In this document: positions 11,139-22,191 of the stretch, in pieces | Position numbering within the stretch: position 1 is the stretch's first letter | How the letters are laid out: the number at the start of each line of letters is the position of its first letter | NCBI GenBank assembly: GCA_963796275.1 | Contig: CAWCKY010000003.1 | Location: forward strand, 608,001-672,000 | Direction of reading: 5' to 3' | Length of the DNA stretch: 64,000 nt | Source of the DNA: an uncultured Acidobacteriota bacterium | GTDB lineage: Bacteria; Acidobacteriota; Blastocatellia; RBC074 | Program-made: the position numbers and the translations under genes | Notes under the pieces: generated by a model | What the model was told of the DNA's origin: nothing | Database searches by the model: none | What the model saw: only the letters and a program-made list of their open reading frames with translations

Positions 11139-11726
11139 TCACTTCATCTTTTTTTCGATACTTTTCGTGACATTACGTTCCAACCTGTCGCGAATACGTT
11201 TCGCGCGGCTGAACAAGGTATTTATCGAAATACCAAGCCTGGCTGCCAGAGCTTTACGGCTATCAATTTTGGCTTGTTTGTCTTCCTGGTAATATTCAAT
11301 GATCAATTCCCGATCCTCATACGAGAGATTGTTCAGGCATTCTCTCAAACTGATTAACCAAATATCGTCATCTTCAAGTTGGTTTGGTGGTGCAGCGAGG
11401 ACCGACAATTTCTCAATTTCGACTCGCCTGTTATCCGGATGCCTCAAATGTTCCTTAAAAACAAAGCGTGCAATCCCTAAGCAGAGGGCAAGGATATTTT
11501 TTTCGACCTTCTCGCCATCGTAAATCTTTCTTGCCACCCGGTTCAGCGTTTCATCTGCGAGCTGATCGGCAACAAGAGCTCCGCGCCATTCGAAAAATTT
11601 GATCAATTGCCGTCGTAACTCTTCATACCTCTCTCCTGCAATCTCGGGCTCAGGAGCCAGCTTGGCCAGAAATTTCGCGAAGGCTTCCGGCGTCAGATCC
11701 CTCTCTTTCCTGGACATTGTCTCCAT
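11139..11726 (-). CDS. ECF-like sigma-70 family factor
   Basis: LADETLNRVARK region-2-like motif and C-terminal HTH LAARLGISINTL; paralog of 35823..36413. Confidence 0.8.
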   Translation of the reverse strand: METMSRKERDLTPEAFAKFLAKLAPEPEIAGERYEELRRQLIKFFEWRGALVADQLADETLNRVARKIYDGEKVEKNILALCLGIARFVFKEHLRHPDNRRVEIEKLSVLAAPPNQLEDDDIWLISLRECLNNLSYEDRELIIEYYQEDKQAKIDSRKALAARLGISINTLFSRAKRIRDRLERNVTKSIEKKMK

Positions 11727-13192
11727 ATGTTTATGTAAATTTTCTGAGGTCAGATTTTATTTATTACGTCCGGATATAAGCCGAATAACTTCGACCGGCA
11801 GCGGGGGCTGAGTTTTCCGGACTCCGGACGTGATGGACTACTTGATGCCAGCATAGACATTTGAGCACTTGGAACGGGCTTCAATTGGTCATCTGTAGAC
11901 GGTCAATCTCCCCAGGCTTGTGACACGGCTGGTAAACCACGGAGCACACGTTCCTCGATCGACTCCTTGGTTGAAGCTGTCCCAAGTTCGTCTCACTTCA
12001 TTGCATAGAGATTGCACTAGCGGAAATAAGCGGATGAAGACTAGGAAATTCAAAGGGGCAATGAGCGTTCATGAATGTTCTCCTTTTCAATTAAGTGAGG
12101 TTCGACAGAATAGCCTTCGAATAAAGACAAATCAGACACGCCTCAAATACTTGACATTATGTTCTGTGATTACTTGTGTACGTGGGAGTATGTGATCGAT
12201 TGAATCGAAAAATCTCACATACTAATAGGTTGGCAGGGCAGAAGAACCAATATAATACTCACAAATTATTCTGTACAAGATCGATCGCTTTTCGAATCTC
12301 GGGGCCAAACAGAACAACTTTAACGTTGTAACATTGTTGTATACGGGGAAGCCCATTGTTTTGGATGTGAGGAAATATCAAACATATTCCATTGCCTATG
12401 CTTATGCGCCGTCTGAGAATGATGGGTTGTTGGTACTTACGTTCAAATTTTACCGAGATTGTGGTTCGAATAAACCTCATGGCAGTCCAATTGGCCTTCG
12501 GGAATGCTTCTATATCACAGGAGCGGCAGCCCCACGCACAAAATTTTCGAGGTTTGACTTTCGATATGGATAAACCGATCAACGAGAACTGACAGGCGAA
12601 TCAATCGATCAATTGCTTTTTGTGCCTATATGAGCCGGATAGTCTCACAGCCAGGGAAGCCGCCCGGCTCAAACCTGATTGTTATGCGGGTGCGTCTTGC
12701 TTTTTCTTTAATATCTAAAATATCTAAATCTCTACCTATGTTATTTCATATGGCCTCCCATACTTACAGAAAATATTTAAGTTTCAGCTACCAGTCATGT
12801 CATGTATTTATCGTTCACGGCCACTTATATCCGTAGCCAAGCTTGATCTGAGTGACGATTGCATTTCAGTGCATATAGACTGTGTCGTAGGAATTCCGCT
12901 GTTGCTACAAATCCTGTTCGATAGTTATTAATCGATCTATCCTATTTATGTTTATTCAGCAATGATAGATATTGCCGGGAGGTGTGTTTACGACATGAAA
13001 AAAGCTATTCAATGGCTATGCGGTATTGCTGTTCTGTTTATTTGTACCGCACTCGATTATTTAACGACCTCCACCCGCAGGCTTTTACGATTCATTACCC
13101 TCAAAACTTCATCTTGAACCGTGAGGTACGCGGGATCGACACTTCAGCATTCAGGTTGGTACTCAATCGATCGAAGTGCGCTTATAATTGAA

Positions 13193-13423
13193 GCGTGTGC
13201 AGTTAAATTCCAACAGAATCAATAGTCTCGCATCTCAGCGCCGGAGGCGCGTAATGTCTAAGCTCACGATCCTAACCATAACCTGAGCTCCGGAGGAGCG
13301 AATGCCTACCTGGTGCTCCTCCGGAGCTCGTGAGACTTTGGTGATCGAATACTATAAACATCGCGCGCCGCTGGCGCTCAGGTCCGAAAATGCTGATTCC
13401 AATTAACTTTTATTTGCACAGTC
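13193..13423. repeat. Long imperfect palindrome, REP/MITE-like element
   Basis: Ends TGTGCAGTTAAA / TTTTATTTGCACA; internal arms GAGCTCCGGAGGAGC / GCTCCTCCGGAGCTC and AGCGCC..GGCGCG / CGCGCC..GGCGCT. Confidence 0.7.
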
Positions 13424-13553
13424 TTCATATAACTAGTTACCTATAATTTCTACATGCTTCGACTATATGTATTACGATCACTTCCAGCGGTATTTGATGA
13501 TTCCCAAAAGTGACTAAATGTTATTTCAAATAAATCATATTGGAGGCATCGGA

Positions 13554-16500
13554 ATGATTCACCCATTCTCAAGCCCTACTCGAAATAAGTATATCTCACG
13601 AGCCTTCTTTTACGGATTTCTGCTCTCCATCAGCCTTCCGATCGTCCGGCCTCAGGCTTCACCCGAATCGATATCCTCAGTAAAAGCACAAGCGAAGACT
13701 GATGCTGGATTGGAAAACCACGTTCAGGCGGATCCGCAGACTATCCGGCTCGAACAAGGCAAGCAGATTGAACGAGAATTGGCTGGGGGGCAGTCTCATT
13801 CATTTCAGATGACCCTGAGCGCCGGTCAATATGTCAAATTGATGATCCATCAATGCGGCATCGATGTGGTAGTGCGGCTTTTTGGGCCGGATAGAAAGCA
13901 GTTCGCAGAGTTCGATTCTGAAATCAGGGCGCACGGAGAAGAGCACGTAGAATGGGTGGCGGAAGTCACGGGAAGTTACCGCCTCGATCTCCTGTCAAAT
14001 TTTAAGCAGGAGGCAGCCGGGCGTTATGGGATTCAGGTAACGGAATCGCGTGTCGCGACGGACAATGACCAGGTTTTACACGAAGCGCGTATTTTCTATA
14101 CGAAGTTCCTCTGCCTGTATCGTGCTGGCAAATATAATGAGGCATTCCCGTTAGCTAATCGCGTGCTGGCGACTCGTGAAAGGGTATTGGGGGCGGAGCA
14201 TTTCGACGTCGTTTGTTCTCTCAACAATCTCGCCATCCTCTATTTTGAAACAGGGAAATATGAGAAGGCCGAGGCTCTGTTTCGACGAGTAATAACCATC
14301 CGGGAGAAAACGCTAGGGCCAGAACATCCCGAAGTAGCTAAGGCTCTCAACAACATGGGCATCATCTATAAAGAAAGAGGAGACTATGCAAGATCCGAGA
14401 CATTCTTCGGGCGCGCGCTGGCCATCTTGAAGAAGGTATTAGGCGCACATCACCCCGGGGTCGCTCAGCTTCTGAACAACCAGGCCGAACTCTACCGGGA
14501 AAGAGGCGATTACGCGAAGGCGGAGCCGCTCTACGCGCAGGCGATAATCATCAAGGAGCGAGCATTGGGAGTAGAACATCCTGATGTCGCGGCGACGCTC
14601 AACACACTCGCCCTGCTTTACGAGGAAAGAGGGGACGACGCGAAAGCTGAGAAATATTACGAGCGAGCGCTGGCAATCCTTGAGAAGGTATTGGGTCCGG
14701 ATCACATAATGGTGGCCCGTACGCTAGGAAATCTGGCCAACCTCTATCGAGATGGAAGAGGCGACTATATAAAGGCGGATATGTTATACCGACGTGCACT
14801 GACTATGTTGGAGAAAACGCTGGGGCCGGATAGTATCGATGTCACGCGTATTCTCGGCAGTCTAGCAATCCTCTGCCGCAAGCGTGGTGATTACGCGAAG
14901 GCCGAATCGCTTTATGAACTTACAATAGCGTCCATGGAGAAAACGTTCGGGCCTGATCACTCGTTTACAGCCGATGTTCTCAAGGACAATGCCGTGCTTT
15001 ATGCCCTTAAGGGCGATACCGCTCACGCCGTAACGGAGTTGACTCGGGCCAATGCTATCGACGAACGCAACCTTTCGGTCTCGCTCGCAATCGGCTCAGA
15101 ACGTCAGAAACTTGCTTATCTCGATACTTTCTCCAAATGGACCGATATCACGCTCTCGCTTCACAGCCAGGCCGCGCTGCACTCTCCTCAGGCTCTCGAT
15201 TTGGCGTTCACGACCTTGCTCCGCCGGAAAGCGCGCGGTCTCGAGGCGATGACTGATACGATCTCCACTTTGCGTCGCCACGCCACACCAGAAAATCAAA
15301 TGCTTCTCGATCGATTGGCCGAAGCCCGCTCGCACCTGGCCGCCATCACACTCAAAGAGCAGGACGCAGCAAAACCCGATGTCTACCGGGCTCGTATCGA
15401 GCCAATCAGGGAAAAGGTTGAAGAGCTGGAAACGGAGCTCAGCTCGCGCAGCGCCGAGTTTCGCAACCAGGCGAAACCGGTCACGCTCTCCTCTGTTCAG
15501 TCTGCTCTCCCGGCGGGCAGCGTGTTAATCGAATTCGCTTGTTTCACTCCGAGAGATATGCAGACCGAAAAGGTCCTACCGCATCATTACCTCGCCTATC
15601 TACTTCCGGCGCAAGGTGAACCGAAATGGGTAGACCTGGCTGAAGCCGCACCGATCGATCGAGCGATAGATGCCTGGCGAAAGGCGTTGCGCAACCCGAA
15701 GCGGCTAGATGTTAAAAGGCTAGCGCGCGTAGTGGACGAGAAACTGATGCGGCCCATACGATCAATTCTGGGCGAATTGACGCACGACGCGCGCCACCTG
15801 ATGATTGCGCCCGACGGTTCGCTCAACCTTATTCCTTTCGCCGCTCTGGTCGATGAACGGGATCAATATCTGATAGATAGTTACTCCATCACCTATCTGA
15901 CCAGCGGACGCGATCTGTTGCGTCTTAAAACAACGGACCTGAGCAAAGGTGCGCCTCTGGTAATGGCCAATCCTGAATTCGGCGACCCTGCCACCATCGC
16001 CTTGGGACGCGGAGTTGAGAGCTCAGGAAAATCGCGCGTACCCATTCGAGCTGAGCTACAACTTGATCCTACACAGCTCTTTTTCCAACCACTGCCTGCC
16101 AGCAGGTATGAAGCCCTGGCGATCAAAGCCATACTTCCCCAGGCATCTGTGCTGCAGAAAGGGCAGGCAACAGAAACGGCGCTCAAACAGGCGAGGGGGC
16201 CGCGCATTCTCCACATCGCGACGCACGGGTTCTTCTACGATAATAAACGGGAATGCCAATCGCCAGAGGATGATCTTTCGCGCGCAGCTTCGCCGAGAAC
16301 TCGTGGAGTCGTTTCACCGCAGACAACTCACTACACGGTTCAGCTTGAGTCAAATGCATCGCTGGACCTCGCTCAAGAAACAGTGAAGCGGCTGAAGGCG
16401 CAGGGAATTGATGTATACATACTTAAAAGCAAAGTGAATGGCAAAAAAGATGTTTTCTTTCGTGTGCGTTCGGGAAAATTTTCAACTCAGGCCGAAGCTC

Positions 16501-17075
16501 GCGAGTACGGTGCATTTCTGCAGGGAAAGAGAGTCATCAGGGAGTTCTTCGTTGCGAACTATCTGCCATCAAGGATAGGTATGGGGGAACCTGCACCAGC
16601 GATTGCTGGTCTACGACTCAGCAAATTTGTGGCTCGGGTAAAAGACCCATTACTGCGTTCAGGGCTTGCGCTGGCTGGAGCAAACCAGGGCAAGAACGGA
16701 AATGATGACGGAGTGTTGACAGCGCTGGAAGCGGCATATCTGGACTTGTCGGGGACAAAACTGGTAGTGCTTTCGGCATGCAATAGCGGAGTGGGTGACG
16801 TGAAGAACGGAGAAGGAGTGCAGGGATTACGGCGAGCGCTCGTATTGGCCGGATCCGAGAGCCAGGTGATGAGCCTCTGGCCGGTTTCGGACGTAGCTGC
16901 GAAAGATCTGATGATCCCATATTACAGAGCGCTCCAGCAGGGAGAGGGTCGGAGCGAGGGACTTAGGCAAGTACAGTTGCGGATACTGCGGGAGCGCAAG
17001 GATTGGCAGCATCCGTTTTACTGGGCAGCGTTCATTCAGTCCGGGGAATGGGCAAATCTGGACGGTCGAAGGTAA
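13554..17075 (+). CDS. Secreted TPR-CHAT (caspase-like) protease with SPOR domain insertion
   Basis: Signal-like N-terminus, PPC-like domain, about 7 kinesin-light-chain-type TPRs, CHAT motifs APDGSLNLIPF, HIATHG, LSACNSG and HPFYWAAF; SPOR-like segment at 16329..16553. Confidence 0.9.
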   Translation: MIHPFSSPTRNKYISRAFFYGFLLSISLPIVRPQASPESISSVKAQAKTDAGLENHVQADPQTIRLEQGKQIERELAGGQSHSFQMTLSAGQYVKLMIHQCGIDVVVRLFGPDRKQFAEFDSEIRAHGEEHVEWVAEVTGSYRLDLLSNFKQEAAGRYGIQVTESRVATDNDQVLHEARIFYTKFLCLYRAGKYNEAFPLANRVLATRERVLGAEHFDVVCSLNNLAILYFETGKYEKAEALFRRVITIREKTLGPEHPEVAKALNNMGIIYKERGDYARSETFFGRALAILKKVLGAHHPGVAQLLNNQAELYRERGDYAKAEPLYAQAIIIKERALGVEHPDVAATLNTLALLYEERGDDAKAEKYYERALAILEKVLGPDHIMVARTLGNLANLYRDGRGDYIKADMLYRRALTMLEKTLGPDSIDVTRILGSLAILCRKRGDYAKAESLYELTIASMEKTFGPDHSFTADVLKDNAVLYALKGDTAHAVTELTRANAIDERNLSVSLAIGSERQKLAYLDTFSKWTDITLSLHSQAALHSPQALDLAFTTLLRRKARGLEAMTDTISTLRRHATPENQMLLDRLAEARSHLAAITLKEQDAAKPDVYRARIEPIREKVEELETELSSRSAEFRNQAKPVTLSSVQSALPAGSVLIEFACFTPRDMQTEKVLPHHYLAYLLPAQGEPKWVDLAEAAPIDRAIDAWRKALRNPKRLDVKRLARVVDEKLMRPIRSILGELTHDARHLMIAPDGSLNLIPFAALVDERDQYLIDSYSITYLTSGRDLLRLKTTDLSKGAPLVMANPEFGDPATIALGRGVESSGKSRVPIRAELQLDPTQLFFQPLPASRYEALAIKAILPQASVLQKGQATETALKQARGPRILHIATHGFFYDNKRECQSPEDDLSRAASPRTRGVVSPQTTHYTVQLESNASLDLAQETVKRLKAQGIDVYILKSKVNGKKDVFFRVRSGKFSTQAEAREYGAFLQGKRVIREFFVANYLPSRIGMGEPAPAIAGLRLSKFVARVKDPLLRSGLALAGANQGKNGNDDGVLTALEAAYLDLSGTKLVVLSACNSGVGDVKNGEGVQGLRRALVLAGSESQVMSLWPVSDVAAKDLMIPYYRALQQGEGRSEGLRQVQLRILRERKDWQHPFYWAAFIQSGEWANLDGRR

Positions 17076-17358
17076 ACATCTATTAAATGTTGGAATTTGT
17101 ATGGGGTGATGAGCGCTGGCCCTGTTCTGTTGCTGCGATTAGCGGAGAGGAATTTCGAAGGAAAGAAGAAAGTAGTAGAAAAGAATTTATGGTCTTTGAA
17201 AAAATAATTTTACGTTCCTCTTCCGCCGCGTAGAAGCAGGTTGAATAGCCCTGTGTTTTAACGGTTAAAACGCGGGGTTGGTTCACCTGGCCGCTACGCG
17301 GCGGAAGCGGGATTGTTAGGTTATTTTTCAAAGACCATAACGTCTCTAGCCACCAGCT

Positions 17359-20300
17359 CTAGAAGTTCAGCCGCAATGCGAATTGAATCTGGCGATGTGA
17401 GCCTAATCCGACATCACGGGAAACCGTTCGGTTGACTATGCCGAAAACTCCCGCGGCACCAGTCGTGTATGCCTGGCCTGGTTGAAGCGAACTGCCGATA
17501 TTGGCGGCCGCGTTTGGCAAGGCATTGGACAACGATACTGGTGGGTTGGCAAAGTTCGTCAAGTTGAAAATGTTGAAGAACTCCGAGCGGAATTCCATAT
17601 TAACGCGTTCGGTAAGAAGGAACTTCTTACCCATCATCAAATCGAACTGATAGAAGTTTGGGCCATGGAGTTGATTACGCATCAGATTCCCGAATGTGCC
17701 CGGTTGAGGAACTGCAAAAGCTGCGGGATTCAGGATCGTCCGGTCAGAGTTGAGGAACGGATTCACCCCGGCTACCACATCCGGGCGACGCACGTTGCGT
17801 GTAGCTCCCCCGCCCGGCGTATTGATCACAGCCGTGAGACCGGGCGCAGCGTTATTAAAGTAATTCCCCGCCGCATCGCGGAAAAGCACGTCCGGACGCA
17901 CAATACCCACACTCATCGGCAACCCGCTACGAATATTGGCAATGGTGCCGATATTCCATCCTCCCGTAAATTGCCGGACCAGCGGCGAACCGGTCTTGCC
18001 GAATGGCAATTCATATAATGCGCTGATGTTGAACATATGACGCACATCGAAGTTGTTGTAGCCGTTATCGTATTCGAAATCTTCAATGGCCTTCGCATTA
18101 TTCGCTACGGTCGACGCCTCGTTCGAGCCGGCTGTGTTGCCGAAGCTGCGAGCGAAAGTGTACTGCGCGTTCAACAACAAGCCGGTATTGAAGCGACGCG
18201 CCAGCGTAGTTTGTAATGCATCGTAACGATCGTGGCCGCCGCTCAATTTGACATCCACTTCGGCGTAAGGTCTGAGGATCGTCCCGTCCGCCTGCACGAT
18301 GTCGAATTCACGCGTTATGATGGCTGCGCCGGTCGCCGGATTGGTTCCAACGCTGACGATCTGGTTGGTGATGCTCCGCAGGAATAGATTCCGTCCCAGG
18401 CTCCCGACGTAGGCCAAGGTTAACGCCATATTGTACGGTAACTCCTGTTGCATTGAGAGGGTATAGGAGTATATGCGTTCCGGTACACGATATCCATCCT
18501 GATAGTAGGCGCGCGGTTGGTACAGCCGATTGTTGGGATTATTGGTAAAGTTCGATACGATCGCAGGAATGTTGGCCGGGAAGAGAGCTCCCGTTGTGAT
18601 GTTCTGCGTCACCTGGATGCGGTCGGATTCGATCGGTTGAATCTGATCCTCGATCTGCCCGGGACCATAGTTGATCCCGAACCCGGCTCGAAATACCGTC
18701 TTGCCGCCGCCTATGAAACCCTTGCTACTACCTGAGAACGGAGACCATGCTAGAGATAGGCGAGGCGCGAAGTTGTTCTTCAGTGCTTTGTAGACAGTTG
18801 TATCTGAGGGGAGGATGACACCATTTAACGCATCAAAGACGACCTGGCCTTGTCGATCCTCGCGCAGCGGCGTGTAGTACTCATAGCGCAGGCCATAGTT
18901 GACGGTAAGATTCGGTCGGACTTTCCACTCATCCTGAGCGTATCCGATGTAAAACTCCTCCTTGGCAAACCTCTCGCCCGTCATTCCATTGTTAAATGGA
19001 CTGGGAGCGCTCACATCTCCCACATACTGCACCATTCCCGGAGTATTGTTGAGAAATGCGGTGAAATTCGAATATGTATAGGTTGTTCCGCCCAAACGGT
19101 CGGTGTACATTCTGAGCAAACGTGCCTCGCCGCCGAATTTTATGCTGTGATTGCCGCGCAACCAGCTCAGGTTGTCGATAAACCCGATCGTATAGGGTGT
19201 ATATGGTTGACCGCGTCCATTGGTGGCGGAATTTGCCCGGACCAGACCGCCCGGCACCGTGATGCCGCTGGAACCGCTCTGACCGGCGATCCCTGTATTT
19301 GCCACGGCCCCGCTGATGTTGAGAGTTATAGCGGAGAGATCGATCCCGTTGACTGTCGGCGCCAGGCCGGAAACACGTGTGTAGGCGCCATTATAACCGA
19401 CCTTGAATTCATTGATCTTGTTCTGCCCAAAGGACGACTGCCAAGCGACCACTGCGTTTTGCGGAACGGCCTTGATGATCGCCCTGCTGCCGGATACGTT
19501 CTGGGGCTGATCATTGTTGCCTTGATCGCGAAAGTAACGCGTGTAGATCGAATTCCTATCATTTATTTTGTAATCGAGACGAAGCGATCCGGCATTTTCA
19601 TTGACCGGATTGCTCGCTTGCAACTGCGCGATGTTGAAATTTCCATCCGTCGTAGTCCCCAGTATTACGGCGTTCGGACCCAGAAATGCCGCCGGGCATA
19701 ATGGCTGGACGGCAGCCACAGCGCGCGCGCAGGCAGCCGCGCTCGGCACGGCTTCGCGAAAGTTGATACCAGACCTGAGACGATACCCCTCATAGCTGCC
19801 GAAGAAGAAGAATTTCTCCTTCACGATAGGCCCGCCGAAGCTGGCGCCGAACTGATTGAGCTTGAGAGGAGACTTGGTTGCGCCATCGAAAGTGTTGCGG
19901 GCATCGAGCGCATCGTTGCGCAGGAATTCAAAGACTGAACCGTGGTATTGATTCGAGCCGGATTTGGTGACGACGGTCACCTGTCCGCCCGTCCCCGTGC
20001 CATATTCCGCCGGATAGCTGTTCGATTCTACGCGGAACTCCTGGACGTTCTCGAGCGAAGCCTGCAGACGGAAGGGCGATGGGATCTCGCCATTCAAGTT
20101 ACCGGGAGAGGAGTCGATGATCGCACTGCCTTCGACGCCGTCATAACGGATTGCGTTCTGCTGCACGGCGCGTCCGCTGAAACGGATATCACTGAAAGTC
20201 CCCGTGCCGCTGTTGAGCGCGCCGGGGGCTTGCAAGTAAAGTTGAGAAAGCTGCCGTCCGTTGAGAGGCAATTCCACCACTTCACGCTCATTGACGTTCG

Positions 20301-20733
20301 CGCCCATCCGGGCAGACGATGTGTCGAGCGTTGCCTCTGCGCCACCCACAATCGTTATTGTTTCAGTCGCACCGACGGGCTTTACCTCTGTATCGAGGTC
20401 CAGCGCCTGACCGACTACCAGCTCGACATTTGTGAACTCGGTCTTGGCGAATCCGGTAGCAGTCACCGTAATTGTGTATGAAGACGCCTTGAGACCGGTG
20501 AGGATGAAGCGGCCTTCGGCATTGGTGGTTGCAGTTCGGATATCACCGGTGCGCTCATTGCGAATCGAGACTGCTGCACCCGTTACCAGTGCGTTCGTTT
20601 GATCGCGCACCGTGCCGGCGATGCGCGCTTGATCTACCTGTGCTGAACCTGCTGTCTGCAATAGCCCAACCACGGTCAGGATAAGCATAAAATTTAAAAA
20701 GCAGCTCAGCCGCTTATATTTTTTTTTCAGCAT
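17359..20733 (-). CDS. TonB-dependent receptor (Oar-like, N-terminal carboxypeptidase-regulatory-like domain)
   Basis: IAGTVRDQ, LPLNGR, TKSGSNQYHGSVFEFLRN and NNFAPRLSLAW motifs; C-terminal RQIQFALRLNF beta-signal. Confidence 0.93.
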   Translation of the reverse strand: MLKKKYKRLSCFLNFMLILTVVGLLQTAGSAQVDQARIAGTVRDQTNALVTGAAVSIRNERTGDIRTATTNAEGRFILTGLKASSYTITVTATGFAKTEFTNVELVVGQALDLDTEVKPVGATETITIVGGAEATLDTSSARMGANVNEREVVELPLNGRQLSQLYLQAPGALNSGTGTFSDIRFSGRAVQQNAIRYDGVEGSAIIDSSPGNLNGEIPSPFRLQASLENVQEFRVESNSYPAEYGTGTGGQVTVVTKSGSNQYHGSVFEFLRNDALDARNTFDGATKSPLKLNQFGASFGGPIVKEKFFFFGSYEGYRLRSGINFREAVPSAAACARAVAAVQPLCPAAFLGPNAVILGTTTDGNFNIAQLQASNPVNENAGSLRLDYKINDRNSIYTRYFRDQGNNDQPQNVSGSRAIIKAVPQNAVVAWQSSFGQNKINEFKVGYNGAYTRVSGLAPTVNGIDLSAITLNISGAVANTGIAGQSGSSGITVPGGLVRANSATNGRGQPYTPYTIGFIDNLSWLRGNHSIKFGGEARLLRMYTDRLGGTTYTYSNFTAFLNNTPGMVQYVGDVSAPSPFNNGMTGERFAKEEFYIGYAQDEWKVRPNLTVNYGLRYEYYTPLREDRQGQVVFDALNGVILPSDTTVYKALKNNFAPRLSLAWSPFSGSSKGFIGGGKTVFRAGFGINYGPGQIEDQIQPIESDRIQVTQNITTGALFPANIPAIVSNFTNNPNNRLYQPRAYYQDGYRVPERIYSYTLSMQQELPYNMALTLAYVGSLGRNLFLRSITNQIVSVGTNPATGAAIITREFDIVQADGTILRPYAEVDVKLSGGHDRYDALQTTLARRFNTGLLLNAQYTFARSFGNTAGSNEASTVANNAKAIEDFEYDNGYNNFDVRHMFNISALYELPFGKTGSPLVRQFTGGWNIGTIANIRSGLPMSVGIVRPDVLFRDAAGNYFNNAAPGLTAVINTPGGGATRNVRRPDVVAGVNPFLNSDRTILNPAAFAVPQPGTFGNLMRNQLHGPNFYQFDLMMGKKFLLTERVNMEFRSEFFNIFNLTNFANPPVSLSNALPNAAANIGSSLQPGQAYTTGAAGVFGIVNRTVSRDVGLGSHRQIQFALRLNF

Positions 20734-21064
20734 AAATGCTCCTATGTACTCTCCTATGTGAAGCGATTAAATAAATCTTTCCCTCTTTCAGCCTGCCGAT
20801 TCCATCGAGGCAGCCCATTGGGTTGATTCGTTTCAGCGAAAGGGGTCTCGAGACACCTCAAGCACTCGTGCAATGAGAAAACTATTCAACTCAATCTTGC
20901 CGTTTTTCCCGACGTGTGTATCACTCTTGTGTGATTTACTTGGACGAGGCCTTGCCCTAAATCTCCCTTTAACGAGAAACATTTTATTCATCCCTGTTAT
21001 ATATATATTTTTTTTACAGCGAGCCTGATTTGATGATATTGAGGGGGTGACTTTAGCAGGCTTC

Positions 21065-21130
21065 GCTTAAATCGAGGTAAATACCGTGTTAAATCTATGT
21101 AAAGGCGGTTTTAATTACTGGTTAAAATAG
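21065..21130 (-). promoter_or_regulatory. Pho-box-like array upstream of the TonB receptor
   Basis: Six units at exact 11-bp period (+ strand): gcttaaatcga/ggtaaataccg/tgttaaatcta/tgtaaaggcgg/ttttaattact/ggttaaaatag. Confidence 0.6.
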
Positions 21131-21198
21131 CCGGGCGAGCAGGTGCGGGTTGAGGGGAAACGATCATGACGGCGATTGACAGATGGATATCCCGCTCG

Positions 21199-22191
21199 CT
21201 ACCCCTCGTTGTACTGATTAGTTTCGTTTACCGATGAGCGAGTCTGATGTTTTTCCGCTATCTCTATCTCTTTGGGAGCAAATAGGGAATGAAGCAGAGC
21301 GCCGATAATAAAATCCGCCTGGCGATCATCTTCGTTTTCGGTCAATTCTGTTGTTTGTGATAGCTCGTGGGCCGCGGCAAATTCGACCGGCACTTCAGCT
21401 CTCGCGGCTTCTATGGCAGATGCTATATCGTAATCGAACCCGTTAGACACGGCATTTTGAACTCTTCGAGCGATAGCCTCAGCTCCATATTTGCGTGAGC
21501 CTTTAATCGGTTGATGAAACATTAGTGAAACCTCCGCAGAATCGATTTTCAGCAAGTTCCAGAAGTGCGGCAAAAATTCCATTTCGCCGTACCAACAGAG
21601 CGCATCGCGCGTCCCATTATCCAGCGCCTGTCCGTTGACTTTTCGAAAGTTGATCGTCAACGGCAGAATCTCCGCGCCGGCCCTGATGGCGGATGCGAAG
21701 AATAGTGCCTTGAAGGGCAAGACCTGAGTGCCGTCACTGGTTATGCTTTCAGGGAACACCTGCACGCTCGATCCGCTGCGCAATGAACGTGATACACGGT
21801 ATGCGCCGCTGACGTTATCGCGCGTGTCTTCGCGGTTGACAAAGATCGTGCCGCCGAGTTTCGCGAGGAGTCCGATAATCGGCCACTTTCTCACCTCTCT
21901 CTTCGCAACAAAAATCGCCGGGAAGACCGAGGCGATAATAGCTATGTCCAGATAGCTTTGATGATTGCCGACGAGCAAATAGTGAGACTTGCGGTACTCC
22001 GGGTTAAATCCATGTGCGATAACTTTGATCCCGATCAGCCGTAACAGGAGTCGTGCCCAGAGCTGTGTACCGAGCGTGTTGACACGTCCGCGAGTTCGTT
22101 GGGAGGTAAGAAACGGGAATAAAAATAGGGCAATGATCAGGAAGAGTAAGCAGAGAATGAAGAAGCAGCTGAGCCGCGCGATTTGTTTCAT
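21199..22191 (-). CDS. olsA: Lysophospholipid/lyso-ornithine-lipid acyltransferase (PlsC/OlsA-like)
   Basis: NHQSYLD, FVAKREV and VFPE motifs; overlaps the stop of the upstream GNAT gene. Confidence 0.75.
   Translation of the reverse strand: MKQIARLSCFFILCLLFLIIALFLFPFLTSQRTRGRVNTLGTQLWARLLLRLIGIKVIAHGFNPEYRKSHYLLVGNHQSYLDIAIIASVFPAIFVAKREVRKWPIIGLLAKLGGTIFVNREDTRDNVSGAYRVSRSLRSGSSVQVFPESITSDGTQVLPFKALFFASAIRAGAEILPLTINFRKVNGQALDNGTRDALCWYGEMEFLPHFWNLLKIDSAEVSLMFHQPIKGSRKYGAEAIARRVQNAVSNGFDYDIASAIEAARAEVPVEFAAAHELSQTTELTENEDDRQADFIIGALLHSLFAPKEIEIAEKHQTRSSVNETNQYNEG

Noticed and set aside
12259-12836. Short ORFs in the AT-rich spacer
   Set aside because: No recognisable motifs or RBS, and they overlap on both strands
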